A stretch of DNA of 64,000 bases from Bacteroides sp. (GTDB lineage Bacteria > Bacteroidota > Bacteroidia > Bacteroidales > UBA7960), in assembly GCA_036351255.1 (NCBI GenBank), contig JAZBOS010000115.1, positions 3,374 to 67,373 on the forward strand. The letters run 5' to 3'. The notes below the pieces were generated by a model, which searched no databases, was not told the origin of the DNA, and saw only the letters and a program-made list of their open reading frames with translations. Shown here piece by piece: positions 1-10,048 of the stretch; the first letter of the stretch is position 1, and every line of letters starts with the position of its first letter. The position numbers were made by a program, and so were the translations under genes.

Positions 1-73
1 TAGTTAATCTTATCAAAAAAAACATCAAACAAATGCAGGTCGATTTTGTTAATTGAACAAAAACAAAAACACA

Positions 74-673
74 ATGGAAAAGCCTGCCATTACCGATAAG
101 AACCTTCACCCCCTGCTGAAAAGCCGTTGGAGCCCCCGTTCGTTTGATTCACGTCCTGTTGAGGCCGATAAATTGCAGCGCATTTTTGAGGCGGCCCGCT
201 GGGCGCCCAGCAGCTTCAACGAGCAGCCCTGGCGCTTTATGCTGGGCATTAAGGGGGATGAGACCTGGGATAAGATTTTCGACAGCCTGCTGGAATGGAA
301 CCAGCAATGGGCTGTTACAGCTCCGGTGTTGGTGATGGCTATCGGCAGTAAGCATTACGAGATGACCGGCAAGGAGAGCGACATCTATAAGTACGATGTG
401 GGGCAAGCCATTGGCCATATGACCTTCCAGGTGATGGAGGAAGGGCTGATGATGCATCAGATGGGTGGTTTTTCAAAAAAGAAGGCCATAGAAAATTTCG
501 ATATTCCTGAAGAATTTCAGCCCTTGACGGTTTCAGCCATAGGCTACCAAGCTGCTCCTGAGCAGTTGCCCGAGGAATTTGCCAAAATGGAATACAATGA
601 GCGGCGCCGCAGGACACCTGAAGAACAAGTCTTTGCCGGACGTTTCGGGCAGCCATCCCCCCTGGCAAAATAA
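74..673 (+). CDS. Nitroreductase family protein
   Basis: The sequence ...RWSPRSF...IFEAARWAPSSFNEQPWRF... is typical of the nitroreductase fold. The ATG at 74 is preferred over the track's TTG at 53. Confidence 0.85.
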   Translation: MEKPAITDKNLHPLLKSRWSPRSFDSRPVEADKLQRIFEAARWAPSSFNEQPWRFMLGIKGDETWDKIFDSLLEWNQQWAVTAPVLVMAIGSKHYEMTGKESDIYKYDVGQAIGHMTFQVMEEGLMMHQMGGFSKKKAIENFDIPEEFQPLTVSAIGYQAAPEQLPEEFAKMEYNERRRRTPEEQVFAGRFGQPSPLAK

Positions 674-733
674 TCCGGGCATTCCTGCAGGACAGCTTCC
701 GTATTTCCACCGAAAAATCCCCCTGAATTTTTG

Positions 734-741
734 TATATTTG
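734..741 (+). promoter_or_regulatory. Candidate Bacteroidota -7 promoter box (TATATTTG, fits TAnnTTTG)
   Basis: Exact TAnnTTTG match 43 nt upstream of the ATG at 784. Confidence 0.35.
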
Positions 742-783
742 GGACGCCCGGTTTTGGGTTGAATAACGGATATCTGTCTGCCA

Positions 784-1887
784 ATGGAAGTGCGCCGCAT
801 CCTATTCTTCTTTTCCCTCCTGAGCCTGCTTGCCTTTGGCAGTCAGGCCCAGGCCCCCAAGTACAGCAATGAGTTTCTGAGCATTGGGGTCGGTGCGCGT
901 GCTTTGGGGCTTTCCAATGCTTTCACTGCCCTGGCCAATGATGCCACGGCAGGCTACTGGAACCCGGCAGGCCTGACCCGCATCCAGTCGAATTTGCAGC
1001 TTTCGCTGATGCACACCCAGTATTTCGCAGGCATTGCGCGCTATGACTACGGCGCCCTGGCTTTTCGCTCTGGCGACAACAACCATTTTGCCGTATCCTT
1101 CATCCGCTTTGGGGTGGATGATATTCCCGACACCTCAGAGCTTATTGACGCCGAAGGCAACATCAACTACGACCGCATCCGTTCGTTCTCAGCTTCCGAT
1201 AATGCCGTTTTCTTTTCCTATGCCCGCCTGTTTCCCAATATAGAAAACCTGCGTATCGGGGCCAATGCCAAGATCATCCGCCGCACTGCGGGTTCCTTTG
1301 CAGGCGCCTGGGGCTTCGGGCTGGATATCGGGTTGCAATACCAGTGGAAAGACTGGCACTTTGCGGCGGTGGGACGCGACATCACTTCTACCTTCAATGC
1401 CTGGAGCTATGACTTCGATGAGCAGATGCGCGAAGTGTTTACCCTGACGGGGAATGAAATCCCCGAGAGCAGCCTGGAGGTCACCCTGCCACGGATAGTC
1501 CTGGGTGCAGCACGGCAGTTCAGCTTTTACCAGGACTTTGGCTTACAGGCCTCCCTCGATATGGTCATCACCACCGATGGCCGCCGCAACGTAATGATCA
1601 AGGGCGACCCCTTCAGTCTGGACCCCAGCCTGGGGCTTGAGTTGTCGTATAAAAACCTGGTTTTTCTGCGTACCGGTCTTGGCAATTACCAGCGCTATAC
1701 CCGCAATGATGAAACCACCCGCGGAAGCATGCAGTTCAATATGGGCCTGGGCATCAACCTGGGCGAACGGCTCAGCATCGATTATGCGCTAACCGACGTT
1801 GGCGACCAAAGCGTTGCCCTCTATTCCAATATCTTTTCCCTCCGGTTTAACATCGACCGCAGGGAACGAAATGAAACGGCAGAATAA
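784..1887 (+). CDS. PorV/PorQ-family outer-membrane beta-barrel protein (T9SS-associated family)
   Basis: Signal peptide ending AQA. The N-terminal motif FLSIGVGARALGLSNAFTALANDATAGYWNPAGL matches the F-L-x-ARxxxLG...D...NPAxL signature shared by PorV and PorQ barrels. The C-terminus is aromatic-rich. The gene lies directly upstream of a C25 peptidase. Confidence 0.7.
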   Translation: MEVRRILFFFSLLSLLAFGSQAQAPKYSNEFLSIGVGARALGLSNAFTALANDATAGYWNPAGLTRIQSNLQLSLMHTQYFAGIARYDYGALAFRSGDNNHFAVSFIRFGVDDIPDTSELIDAEGNINYDRIRSFSASDNAVFFSYARLFPNIENLRIGANAKIIRRTAGSFAGAWGFGLDIGLQYQWKDWHFAAVGRDITSTFNAWSYDFDEQMREVFTLTGNEIPESSLEVTLPRIVLGAARQFSFYQDFGLQASLDMVITTDGRRNVMIKGDPFSLDPSLGLELSYKNLVFLRTGLGNYQRYTRNDETTRGSMQFNMGLGINLGERLSIDYALTDVGDQSVALYSNIFSLRFNIDRRERNETAE

Positions 1888-1899
1888 GGACCTATACCA

Positions 1900-4800
1900 T
1901 TGAAAAAGACCCTAATACATATCATCCTCCTGTTCTTAGGCCTGCTGAGTTTTGGCCAGGCGCCCTTTGGCAACGAATGGATCAACTACAACCAGCAGTA
2001 TTTCACCATCAAGGTATATGAACAGGGCCTTTACCGTATCAGCTATGGCGCCTTGCTGGATGCAGGGGTACCCCTGGGAAGCTTTGATCCCAGGAGTTTT
2101 CAACTATTCTTCAGGGGGCAGGAACAGCCCATCGTGGTCGCCAATGAGCAAAGCGGCCTGTTTCAGCCCGGAGATTACATCCTCTTTTATGGCGATCGCA
2201 ATGACGGCCAATTGGATGAAGAGCTTTACAAGGGCTCCCAGTTTCATCCCAACCCCAACTACAGCCTTTATACCGACACGGCCACCTATTACCTCACCTG
2301 GAACAGCTTGCTGAACAACCGGCGTTTTGTTCTGGAAACCGACATTAACTTTGAAGGGTATACCCCAGCCCCTTATTTCTGGCATACGGAACGCCAGGAT
2401 TATACCGGCACCTATTATGCAGGGGAAACCAATAATGTCGGGATCACCGATCCCGAATACACCCAGGCGCAAGGCTGGTTTGATGCTGCCCTCACCCTGG
2501 GGCAGAGCCGCAGCAAGACCATTCCTACCCCCAACCTTTATCTGGCTGGTCCACAGGCCAGAATTGATATGGCTGTGGCTGGTGCCTCCAATTATGCCAC
2601 CCTAAGTCCGGATCACCACCTCCAGATCCAGTTTGCCAGCCAGTTGATCGATACCCTGTATGACGGCTATAAACTGCTGAAGTTTACCCGTAATGTGAAC
2701 GTTTCATCATTAAACCCTGCGGGCACCCCCTTTGTGTTCACCTCCATCAACAACCTGAACAGCCCCGTTGACCGTAGCGCCATTATTTACATCCAGGTAC
2801 GCTATCCCCATAGCTGGAACCTGCGCAACCTGCCCCAGCTGAAACTGGAACTCCCGGCAGGCAATGAAAGCAAGACGCTGATCAACTTTAGCAGTTTTGA
2901 CGCCACAGAAAATGATACTGTATGGGTCTTCGACCTGGGCAATAACCGCCAGATCCCGGTGTTACTGGAGGGTGAACAATGGAAAGCCCTGGTGCCCGAC
3001 GGAACCCAGTTAAGGAGCCTTTTCCTGACCTCCTCTGCCAGGATCAAAGCCGTGGATCAGGTTCAACCAGTAAGCACGAATCCTTCGCAATTTGCCCGTT
3101 TCCGAAATTTCGGCAGCCCACCCTACCTGGAGGCCGATTACCTGCTCATCACCCATCACAGCCTGTGGGATGCCGCCACCCAATATATGAACTACCGCAA
3201 CAGCACGGGTCAACAGGTGCTGATGGCCGAGGTGGATGAACTCATGCACCAATATGCCTATGGCACCTTCAAGCACCCCCTGGCCCTGCGCAACTTTGTC
3301 CGCTTTGTTATGGACCGGAATCCCGAGGCACTTCCCGAGTACCTCTTCTTGGTGGGCAAGGGCATTGACGCCCGCAGTGCAAGAAAAAATGCTTCGGTAT
3401 ATGCTGCCAACCTGGTGCCTTCTTTTGGGGACAGAAGCTCGGATGCCCTGATCACCGCGGGCCTCGACGGCTACCAATATGCTCCCGCCCTGGCCACCGG
3501 GAGGCTTTCAGCTCGCAACCCGGCCCACGTGAACCTTTACCTCAATAAGGTCATCGAATATGAAGCCGCCCAGCAAGAGCCCCAGGACTGGATGAAAAAC
3601 ATCCTGCATTTTGGTGGGGGCAGCAGCCAGATCGAACAGGTTTTCCTCTACAACTACCTCAGGCAATACAAGGAAAAGCTGGAAGCACCCTATTTCGGAG
3701 GGTATGTGCGCACTTTCCTGAAGAGCAGCACCGAACCTATCCAGATCAACCAGAGCGACTCCCTGAAACAGATCATCAACAACGGGGTGTCGCTGATGAC
3801 CTTCTTTGGCCACGCCACAGGGGTTGGCTTCGACATCAGCATTGACCAGCCTTCCGAATACGATAACGCAGGCCGCTATCCCTTCGTAACCGCCAACTCC
3901 TGTTATTCGGGTGACCTTTTCGGCAATTATTTGAGTACCAGTGAAGATTTTGTCCTGCTTGAAAACAAGGGGGCCATAGGATATATGGGAGCCACCACCC
4001 TTGCAGGAACAGGAGACCTTCACCAATTTTCCAACCGCTTTTTCGGGAATTTGTCCTATGATATGTATGGGCAGTCTATCGGTAAAAACATCCGTAAGAC
4101 CATCCGCGACCTGCAGGCCCCCATTTATTCGCTGAAATACATCAGCCTTTACTCAGCCCTGCACGCCGATCCCGCGCTGATAATCAACAGTTTCCCCCAG
4201 CCTGACTACAGGCTGACCCAGCCCGACATTTCCTTTATCCCAAAGGATGTTACCGCTGAGCTGGATACCTTCACCGTGCGGCTCAGGGCCACAAACATCG
4301 GGAAAGCCATTACCGATTCAATGATGGTAGAGCTGGTCCATACCCTGCCCGATGGGAGTACGAAAAACTACCTGAAACGGGTGACTACCCCACTATTCCG
4401 CAGTGACGTAGATTTCCGCCTGCCCATTGACCGGGTGAATGGTATTGGCCTGAATTATTTTACCGCCACGCTGGACGCCTACAATGAGATCGAAGAACTC
4501 AACGAATCCAATAATCTGGCCACCACCAGCCTGCTGATCAAATCGGCTGACCTGCAACCGGTCTATCCACCAAAATACGCAGTGGTTCCCGAACCACAGG
4601 TCACACTTAAGGCCTCGGTGGGCAACCCTTTCGGGGAGGCGCGCAACTACACCTTTGAACTGGATACCAACGCCAGGTTCCTGAACCCCTTAAGGGAAAA
4701 CATCAACAGCGGGACAGGGGTCATCACCTGGAGCCCTCCCCTGTCTATGACCGACAGCACGGTTTATTTCTGGCGGGTGAGCCAGGACTCCACCTATACC

Positions 4801-6867
4801 GGCGAATATAACTGGCGCAACAGCTCTTTTCAATACATCAGCGGGCAAAGGGGTTGGAGCCAGGCCCATTTCGACCAGTTTGGGCTGAATAATTATCGTT
4901 ATGTTAATTACAATGAAACGGAACGCCTCTGGGATTTTGAGAATAACCGGATCACTGTTGCCGCCCAGACGGGCTATTACCCTTATATGGAATACTTTGA
5001 AAACTGGCTGCGTGTCAATGGCGTGCTGACCCGCGTCTGGTCTTGCCTGAGCACCAGCGGCCATGGCATGGTATTCTTTGTTTTTGACCCGGTAAGCGGC
5101 GAAAATTGGCTAAGCATTCCGCAGGGCGATGGCCTGGGGCAGTTCGGCAATAACCATTGCACAGTAAGCAGCCGGACAGGTTTTGATTTCTATACACATA
5201 CCGATGAGTGGCGTGAGCGCGTGCGTATCTTTCTCGACAGCATCCCCGATGATCATTACATAATGGCCTGGAGCCACCGCAACCATTATGCAGAGAATTT
5301 TTCTGAAGAACTCAAACAAAGCTTTGAAGCCTTTGGCAGTGGCCTGATACGCAACCTGCCCAATAATTTGCCTTACCTCATCTGGGGACAGAAAGGGCAA
5401 GCCATCGGCTCAGCCAATGAAGCCATCGGTCAAACCATCACCTCCATCATCCAGATCGAAGACAGCCTGGAAACCAACTGGAACAGGGGCTTCATCCTTT
5501 CCGAACCCATCGGCCCTGCCAGCAGCTGGGAGTCCATCCACTGGCGTCAAAACAGCCTGGAAGAGCCCAATACTGATGAAGTGAGCCTCGACGTCTTTGC
5601 AATGCAACCCGGCGGGGAACCCGTCCTGCTTTACGAGGACCTTTCGCCCAGCCAAACCGATATCCACAACCTGGGCGACAGCATCGATGCCAGTCAATAT
5701 CCCTTGCTGCAGTTGCGCGTAAACATGTTCGACAACATCAACCGCACCCCTGCCCAGATGGATCGCTGGCAGGTATTACACGAAGGGATCCCGGAAGCGG
5801 CCCTTGACCCGGGAAAACATTTTGTGTTCCAGGCCGACACACTGCAGGAGGGGCAGGACCTGATCTTCAGCACGGCCATCACCAACATCAGCAATTACGA
5901 TATGGACAGCTTGCTGGTACGCTACTGGATTGTGGACGAGAACCGCCAGACGCATCCCATCGCCTATCCCCGCCAGGCGCCCCTGCTGGCAGGACAGAGC
6001 CTGATCGATACCGTTCAGTTCTCCACCCGGGGATTGCTGGGAAACAACACCTTCTGGATAGAGGTCAATCCTGATAACGATCAGCTGGAACAATACCTCT
6101 TTAACAACATTGGCAGCTTGCCCTTTTATGTTGAACGCGACAAGGCCAACCCCCTGCTCGATGTGACCTTCGATGGTATCCGCATTCTCGACGGGGAAGT
6201 AGTATCACCCAAGCCCCACGTCCGTATCACCCTCAACGATGAAAATCAGTTCCTGCTGCTCAACGACACCTCCCTGTTAAAAGTCTTCCTGCAGACGCCC
6301 CTGCAGCCTGAATCACAGAGGGTTTATTTCACTGAGGGCGGACAAGAGATAATGCGATTCTTCCCTGCCAGCCTGCCCGACAACACCTGCGTCATCGAGT
6401 ACGATCCCGAATTCCTTGAGGATGGTACCTATCATTTGCGCATTCAGGCCTCCGATAAGTCGCTCAACGAATCAGGCGATGAAGATTACACGGTGAGCTT
6501 CGAGGTGATCAACCGCAGCACCATCACCGAAGTACTCAACTGGCCCAACCCGTTCAGCACGGCTACCCATTTTGTGTTTACCCTTACGGGGTCGGAGCTG
6601 CCCACCTTCTTCCGCATACAGATTCTGACCATCACCGGAAAGGTGGTGCGAGAGATCGACATGGAAGAACTGGGGCCCCTGCGCATCGGGCGCAACATCA
6701 CCCAGTACGCATGGGATGGTACCGATGAATATGGCGACAGGCTGGCCAATGGCGTGTATCTCTACCGCATCATCACCAACATTAACGGTGAGGAAATCGA
6801 AAGAAATCCCACCGCAGCAAGCCGTTTCTTCCACCGCGAAATGGGGAAAATGTATCTGATCAGATAA
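1900..6867 (+). CDS. Peptidase C25 (gingipain/PorU-like) family protein, 1655 aa, with a T9SS-type C-terminal domain
   Basis: TTG start followed by a signal peptide. The PorU-like N-terminus reads GNEWINYNQQYFTIKVYEQGLYRISYGALLDAG. The catalytic-dyad context is FFGHATG (His codon 3811-3813) and TANSCYSGD (Cys codon 3901-3903). The C-terminus NWPNPFS...NGVYLYRIITN resembles a FlgD-Ig/T9SS CTD. Confidence 0.8.
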   Translation: MKKTLIHIILLFLGLLSFGQAPFGNEWINYNQQYFTIKVYEQGLYRISYGALLDAGVPLGSFDPRSFQLFFRGQEQPIVVANEQSGLFQPGDYILFYGDRNDGQLDEELYKGSQFHPNPNYSLYTDTATYYLTWNSLLNNRRFVLETDINFEGYTPAPYFWHTERQDYTGTYYAGETNNVGITDPEYTQAQGWFDAALTLGQSRSKTIPTPNLYLAGPQARIDMAVAGASNYATLSPDHHLQIQFASQLIDTLYDGYKLLKFTRNVNVSSLNPAGTPFVFTSINNLNSPVDRSAIIYIQVRYPHSWNLRNLPQLKLELPAGNESKTLINFSSFDATENDTVWVFDLGNNRQIPVLLEGEQWKALVPDGTQLRSLFLTSSARIKAVDQVQPVSTNPSQFARFRNFGSPPYLEADYLLITHHSLWDAATQYMNYRNSTGQQVLMAEVDELMHQYAYGTFKHPLALRNFVRFVMDRNPEALPEYLFLVGKGIDARSARKNASVYAANLVPSFGDRSSDALITAGLDGYQYAPALATGRLSARNPAHVNLYLNKVIEYEAAQQEPQDWMKNILHFGGGSSQIEQVFLYNYLRQYKEKLEAPYFGGYVRTFLKSSTEPIQINQSDSLKQIINNGVSLMTFFGHATGVGFDISIDQPSEYDNAGRYPFVTANSCYSGDLFGNYLSTSEDFVLLENKGAIGYMGATTLAGTGDLHQFSNRFFGNLSYDMYGQSIGKNIRKTIRDLQAPIYSLKYISLYSALHADPALIINSFPQPDYRLTQPDISFIPKDVTAELDTFTVRLRATNIGKAITDSMMVELVHTLPDGSTKNYLKRVTTPLFRSDVDFRLPIDRVNGIGLNYFTATLDAYNEIEELNESNNLATTSLLIKSADLQPVYPPKYAVVPEPQVTLKASVGNPFGEARNYTFELDTNARFLNPLRENINSGTGVITWSPPLSMTDSTVYFWRVSQDSTYTGEYNWRNSSFQYISGQRGWSQAHFDQFGLNNYRYVNYNETERLWDFENNRITVAAQTGYYPYMEYFENWLRVNGVLTRVWSCLSTSGHGMVFFVFDPVSGENWLSIPQGDGLGQFGNNHCTVSSRTGFDFYTHTDEWRERVRIFLDSIPDDHYIMAWSHRNHYAENFSEELKQSFEAFGSGLIRNLPNNLPYLIWGQKGQAIGSANEAIGQTITSIIQIEDSLETNWNRGFILSEPIGPASSWESIHWRQNSLEEPNTDEVSLDVFAMQPGGEPVLLYEDLSPSQTDIHNLGDSIDASQYPLLQLRVNMFDNINRTPAQMDRWQVLHEGIPEAALDPGKHFVFQADTLQEGQDLIFSTAITNISNYDMDSLLVRYWIVDENRQTHPIAYPRQAPLLAGQSLIDTVQFSTRGLLGNNTFWIEVNPDNDQLEQYLFNNIGSLPFYVERDKANPLLDVTFDGIRILDGEVVSPKPHVRITLNDENQFLLLNDTSLLKVFLQTPLQPESQRVYFTEGGQEIMRFFPASLPDNTCVIEYDPEFLEDGTYHLRIQASDKSLNESGDEDYTVSFEVINRSTITEVLNWPNPFSTATHFVFTLTGSELPTFFRIQILTITGKVVREIDMEELGPLRIGRNITQYAWDGTDEYGDRLANGVYLYRIITNINGEEIERNPTAASRFFHREMGKMYLIR

Positions 6868-6878
6868 GCAACATCCTT

Positions 6879-7286
6879 ATGATAAATTACCCTCCAAAAA
6901 TACTGATCGCTCTTTCGGAAGCCATTGATGAGAACCACGACATTTTTTACTGGTTGCTCAAAAACGGCTATCCTGAACTCGCTGCCATTGCCAATGCCAT
7001 TCACCTGAACGAGGAGGCTTTCGACTGGCTGATGAAAAATAAGTTTCCCCATTTTGGGGCATTCACAAAAGCGGTGTGGGACGACAAAAAAGCCTACTAC
7101 TGGCTAAAAAAGCACGATTTTGAACTATTGTTGAAGCTGGCCGATGCCTCCAGGGGCGATGACGAAGCCATCCAGTGGTTTAGGGATGAGCAGCTGGATG
7201 TTTTTATAATCATCGCCAAAAAAACGCAGGAGGTAATCAAGCGCAAGGAGTTTGAGCTTAAGGATTACCACCGATTCCACATTTAA
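6879..7286 (+). CDS. Hypothetical small protein with four 25-aa repeats
   Basis: ATG 11 nt after the C25 stop. Trp residues fall at positions 25, 50, 75 and 100, each within an xx(F/Y)xW(L/F)xK motif. I did not recognise a family. Confidence 0.55.
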   Translation: MINYPPKILIALSEAIDENHDIFYWLLKNGYPELAAIANAIHLNEEAFDWLMKNKFPHFGAFTKAVWDDKKAYYWLKKHDFELLLKLADASRGDDEAIQWFRDEQLDVFIIIAKKTQEVIKRKEFELKDYHRFHI

Positions 7287-7294
7287 TACCAGCT

Positions 7295-7711
7295 ATGGAA
7301 TACACCTATGCCTATCCCCGTGCGGCCATTACGGCCGATGCAGTAATCCTGAAGGAGATAGAAGAGCAAACGATGGTGCTGCTGATACAGCGTGCCTCAC
7401 CCCCTTTCCAGGGGATGTGGGCCTTGCCCGGCGGTTTTATGGATATGGATGAAACCCTCGAAGAATGTGCAGCCCGCGAAACGGAAGAAGAAACAGGGCT
7501 TAAAGGACTTGACTTTATTCAGATAGGCGCTTTCAGTGCCATCGACCGTGACCCCCGTCACCGCACCATTACCGTAGCCTTTCTTGCCCGTGCAAATGAA
7601 AGCCACCATCCCAAAGCCGGCAGCGATGCCAGCAATACCCGCTGGTTCCCCCTCAACGACCTGCCGCCCCTGGCATTTGACCACGGGAAGATCATAGCAG
7701 CAGCATTTTAA
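7295..7711 (+). CDS. NUDIX hydrolase
   Basis: Nudix box GMWALPGGFMDMDETLEECAARETEEETGL. Confidence 0.9.
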   Translation: MEYTYAYPRAAITADAVILKEIEEQTMVLLIQRASPPFQGMWALPGGFMDMDETLEECAARETEEETGLKGLDFIQIGAFSAIDRDPRHRTITVAFLARANESHHPKAGSDASNTRWFPLNDLPPLAFDHGKIIAAAF

Positions 7712-7844
7712 GTGTTGTCAGGTTGTCAGGCTGTCTTTGTTATTTTGTTGATTAAATTGTACGCCTTGTCCCAGATATCCGACAACAAAGACAACCCTCC
7801 CTACCGGCAGGCAGGAATGATAACAATGATAACCTCCACAACCC

Positions 7845-8501
7845 CTACTTCCTTCTCATCTCCTCCATCATCGCCTTCACCAAATTTTCCGCCCCTTGGC
7901 CGATCTGGGCAATGTCGGCATCGAGCATATAACAAGGCGTAGTAAACAGATTGTTTTGCTTGTCAATGGTTACATCCCCGTGCCCGGTGGTTTTATGGAT
8001 GGCGCCCATCTTTTCGATGGCTGAAGCAGTGCCTTCATCCTTCCCGATGGTCAGTTCGCCCTGACCCAAAACCCTGGCCAGCAGCACCGGGGAGATGCAA
8101 AGGGCGCCAATGGGTTTCCCTGCACGATGCATCCCGGTTATGGCCTTTTCCACATCTTCGTTAACCTTACAATCGGGGCCATCAAAGGCAAAAGTGCTCA
8201 GGTTCTTGGCTGCCCCGAATCCGCCGGGAAACAGCAGGGCATCGTAATCAGCAGGGTTAAAATGATTCAGCGCCTGGATCTTCCCGCGGGCTATGCGTGC
8301 CGACTCGGCCAGCACATAACGTGTCTCGGGCATCTCCTGCCCAGTGATATGATTCACCACGTGGTGCTGCACAATGTCAGGGGCAAACACATCATAGGTC
8401 CCGCCCTGCCTTTTGATGGCATACATGCTGAGGGTGGCCTCGTGAATTTCACTCCCATCAAAGACCCCGCATCCGCTTAATACGATTGCAAATTTTTTCA
8501 T
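7845..8501 (-). CDS. elbB: ElbB-like DJ-1/PfpI-family protein (isoprenoid biosynthesis glyoxalase ElbB type)
   Basis: Begins MKKFAIVLSGCGVFDGSEIHE, with the nucleophile elbow GALCISP. The ATG at 8499-8501 is preferred over the longer track ORF. Confidence 0.8.
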   Translation of the reverse strand: MKKFAIVLSGCGVFDGSEIHEATLSMYAIKRQGGTYDVFAPDIVQHHVVNHITGQEMPETRYVLAESARIARGKIQALNHFNPADYDALLFPGGFGAAKNLSTFAFDGPDCKVNEDVEKAITGMHRAGKPIGALCISPVLLARVLGQGELTIGKDEGTASAIEKMGAIHKTTGHGDVTIDKQNNLFTTPCYMLDADIAQIGQGAENLVKAMMEEMRRK

Positions 8502-8676
8502 ATCGCTGGCTTTTAATGATTTCAGTTTACTACAAACAAAAATCGTAAAATTTTCCCAAAAGCCCAAACCCTTCCACCTTGCCAATTGCTTTCAACCGGG
8601 AAGGAGCAGAAATTCTCCTCAATCGCCAAACTTCAACCTCCACCTCAATCTCAACCTTAACCTTAACCTCGACTTC

Positions 8677-10038
8677 CTACTCATACCTGAGCGAGGTCAC
8701 CGGGTCCTTTTCAGCGGCTTTACGCGCCGGCATATAGCCAAAAACAATGCCCACCGTGGCAGCCACCCCAAAGGAGACCAGGATGGATTCGGGCGATACG
8801 ATGGTGAGAATATCCGTGAAATGCATAATGGCCCTTGAGAGCCCGATACCCAGGAAGATTCCGAGGATGCCCCCGCTGACGCTGATAATGGTGGATTCTG
8901 AGAGAAACTGGAACACGACATCCGATTTGCGGGCACCCACGGCAAGCCTGATACCGATCTCACGGGTGCGTTCCATCACTGAAGCCAGCATGATATTCAT
9001 GATGCCGATCCCGCCTACAATGAGCGAGATACCGGCGATAGCCCCCAGCACAATGTTAAAAATATCCTTGGTGCGCTGTTCCTGTTCCAGCAACAGTTCA
9101 GGAACAATGACCTCAAAGTCCTCCACACCGTAATGCCGGCGAATCAGCATGCGCTGGATGACATCGGCCGAAGGTGTCAGTTGTTCGGAATTTTCCACTT
9201 GCACCGTGATACGATCGAGCTGATGGTAATTCTTCGCCTGGTCTTCCTCACTGGAAGCAGCCACCCCGCCAATTACGACGAAATTACCGCGCCCGCGGCC
9301 TCCACCTCGTCTGCTCTGCTGCAGTTCTGCTACCGAAATGGCCGAGCGGTCCTGGAAACGCAGCAGCAGGGTTTGCACCGGCGTATAGATCACGTTGTTG
9401 AATTCACTCACCCCCAGGTTCTCAATGGCATCCTCGGTAACCAGACGATCTTCCACCACCCCGATTACCGTAAGCCAATTGCTGCCAGCCTTGATTTGTT
9501 TACCAATGGGATTTGAACTGCCAAAAAAGATGCCCCTGATGTTGTTGCCAATGATGGCCACTGGGGCGCCCTCTTTCAGGTGGGCCTCCGAGAACATTTC
9601 GCCCTGGGCGATCTTCAGGCGGTACACCTCGAAATAATCCGGCGTGACGCCACCTACCCTGACCGGCCTGCGGATACCTTCGTTCATGGCAAAAGTGCTG
9701 ATCTCCACTTCGGGGCTTAGTTTCTTTACGGTGGGAACAACTTCGCGGATGCTTTCCACATCAGCCAGCGTCAGCCCCGGCGAGAACTTCCCTCGCTGGG
9801 ACTCGTCCTGGCTTTCGTCCTTTGCAAATAGTGGCCGTATGATGATGTTGTTCACCCCCACCATCTTCATTTGCTCGAGGATCTCCTGCCGGGCCCCGTT
9901 GCCAATGGCCAGCATCGCAATAACTGCTGCAACACCAAAAATGATGCCCAGGGCGGTTAGCATCGACCGGAACTTATTGGCAATGACTGCCTCAAAGGCA
10001 ATGTTCAGGTTATAGAAATACTTTTCGAAATACTCCAT
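8677..10038 (-). CDS. ABC transporter permease, MacB/FtsX type
   Basis: N-terminal transmembrane segment NKFRSMLTALGIIFGVAAV, a large periplasmic domain, and a C-terminal FtsX-like 3-TM region (REIGIRLAVGA). The ATG at 10038 is preferred over the TTG at 10059. Confidence 0.85.
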   Translation of the reverse strand: MEYFEKYFYNLNIAFEAVIANKFRSMLTALGIIFGVAAVIAMLAIGNGARQEILEQMKMVGVNNIIIRPLFAKDESQDESQRGKFSPGLTLADVESIREVVPTVKKLSPEVEISTFAMNEGIRRPVRVGGVTPDYFEVYRLKIAQGEMFSEAHLKEGAPVAIIGNNIRGIFFGSSNPIGKQIKAGSNWLTVIGVVEDRLVTEDAIENLGVSEFNNVIYTPVQTLLLRFQDRSAISVAELQQSRRGGGRGRGNFVVIGGVAASSEEDQAKNYHQLDRITVQVENSEQLTPSADVIQRMLIRRHYGVEDFEVIVPELLLEQEQRTKDIFNIVLGAIAGISLIVGGIGIMNIMLASVMERTREIGIRLAVGARKSDVVFQFLSESTIISVSGGILGIFLGIGLSRAIMHFTDILTIVSPESILVSFGVAATVGIVFGYMPARKAAEKDPVTSLRYE

Positions 10039-10048
10039 CAATAGCCGC

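Noticed and set aside
7712-7942. 76-aa plus-strand ORF in and beyond the Nudix/elbB convergent gap
   Set aside because: Most of it overlaps the 3' end of the elbB-like gene on the other strand. The translation is Ser/Pro/Thr low-complexity.
8586-8676. Short aacctt/cctc micro-repeats (caacctccacctcaatctcaaccttaaccttaacctcgac)
   Set aside because: There are only about three short units. It lies in a promoter-proximal spacer and shows no dyad symmetry or recurrence elsewhere in the window.
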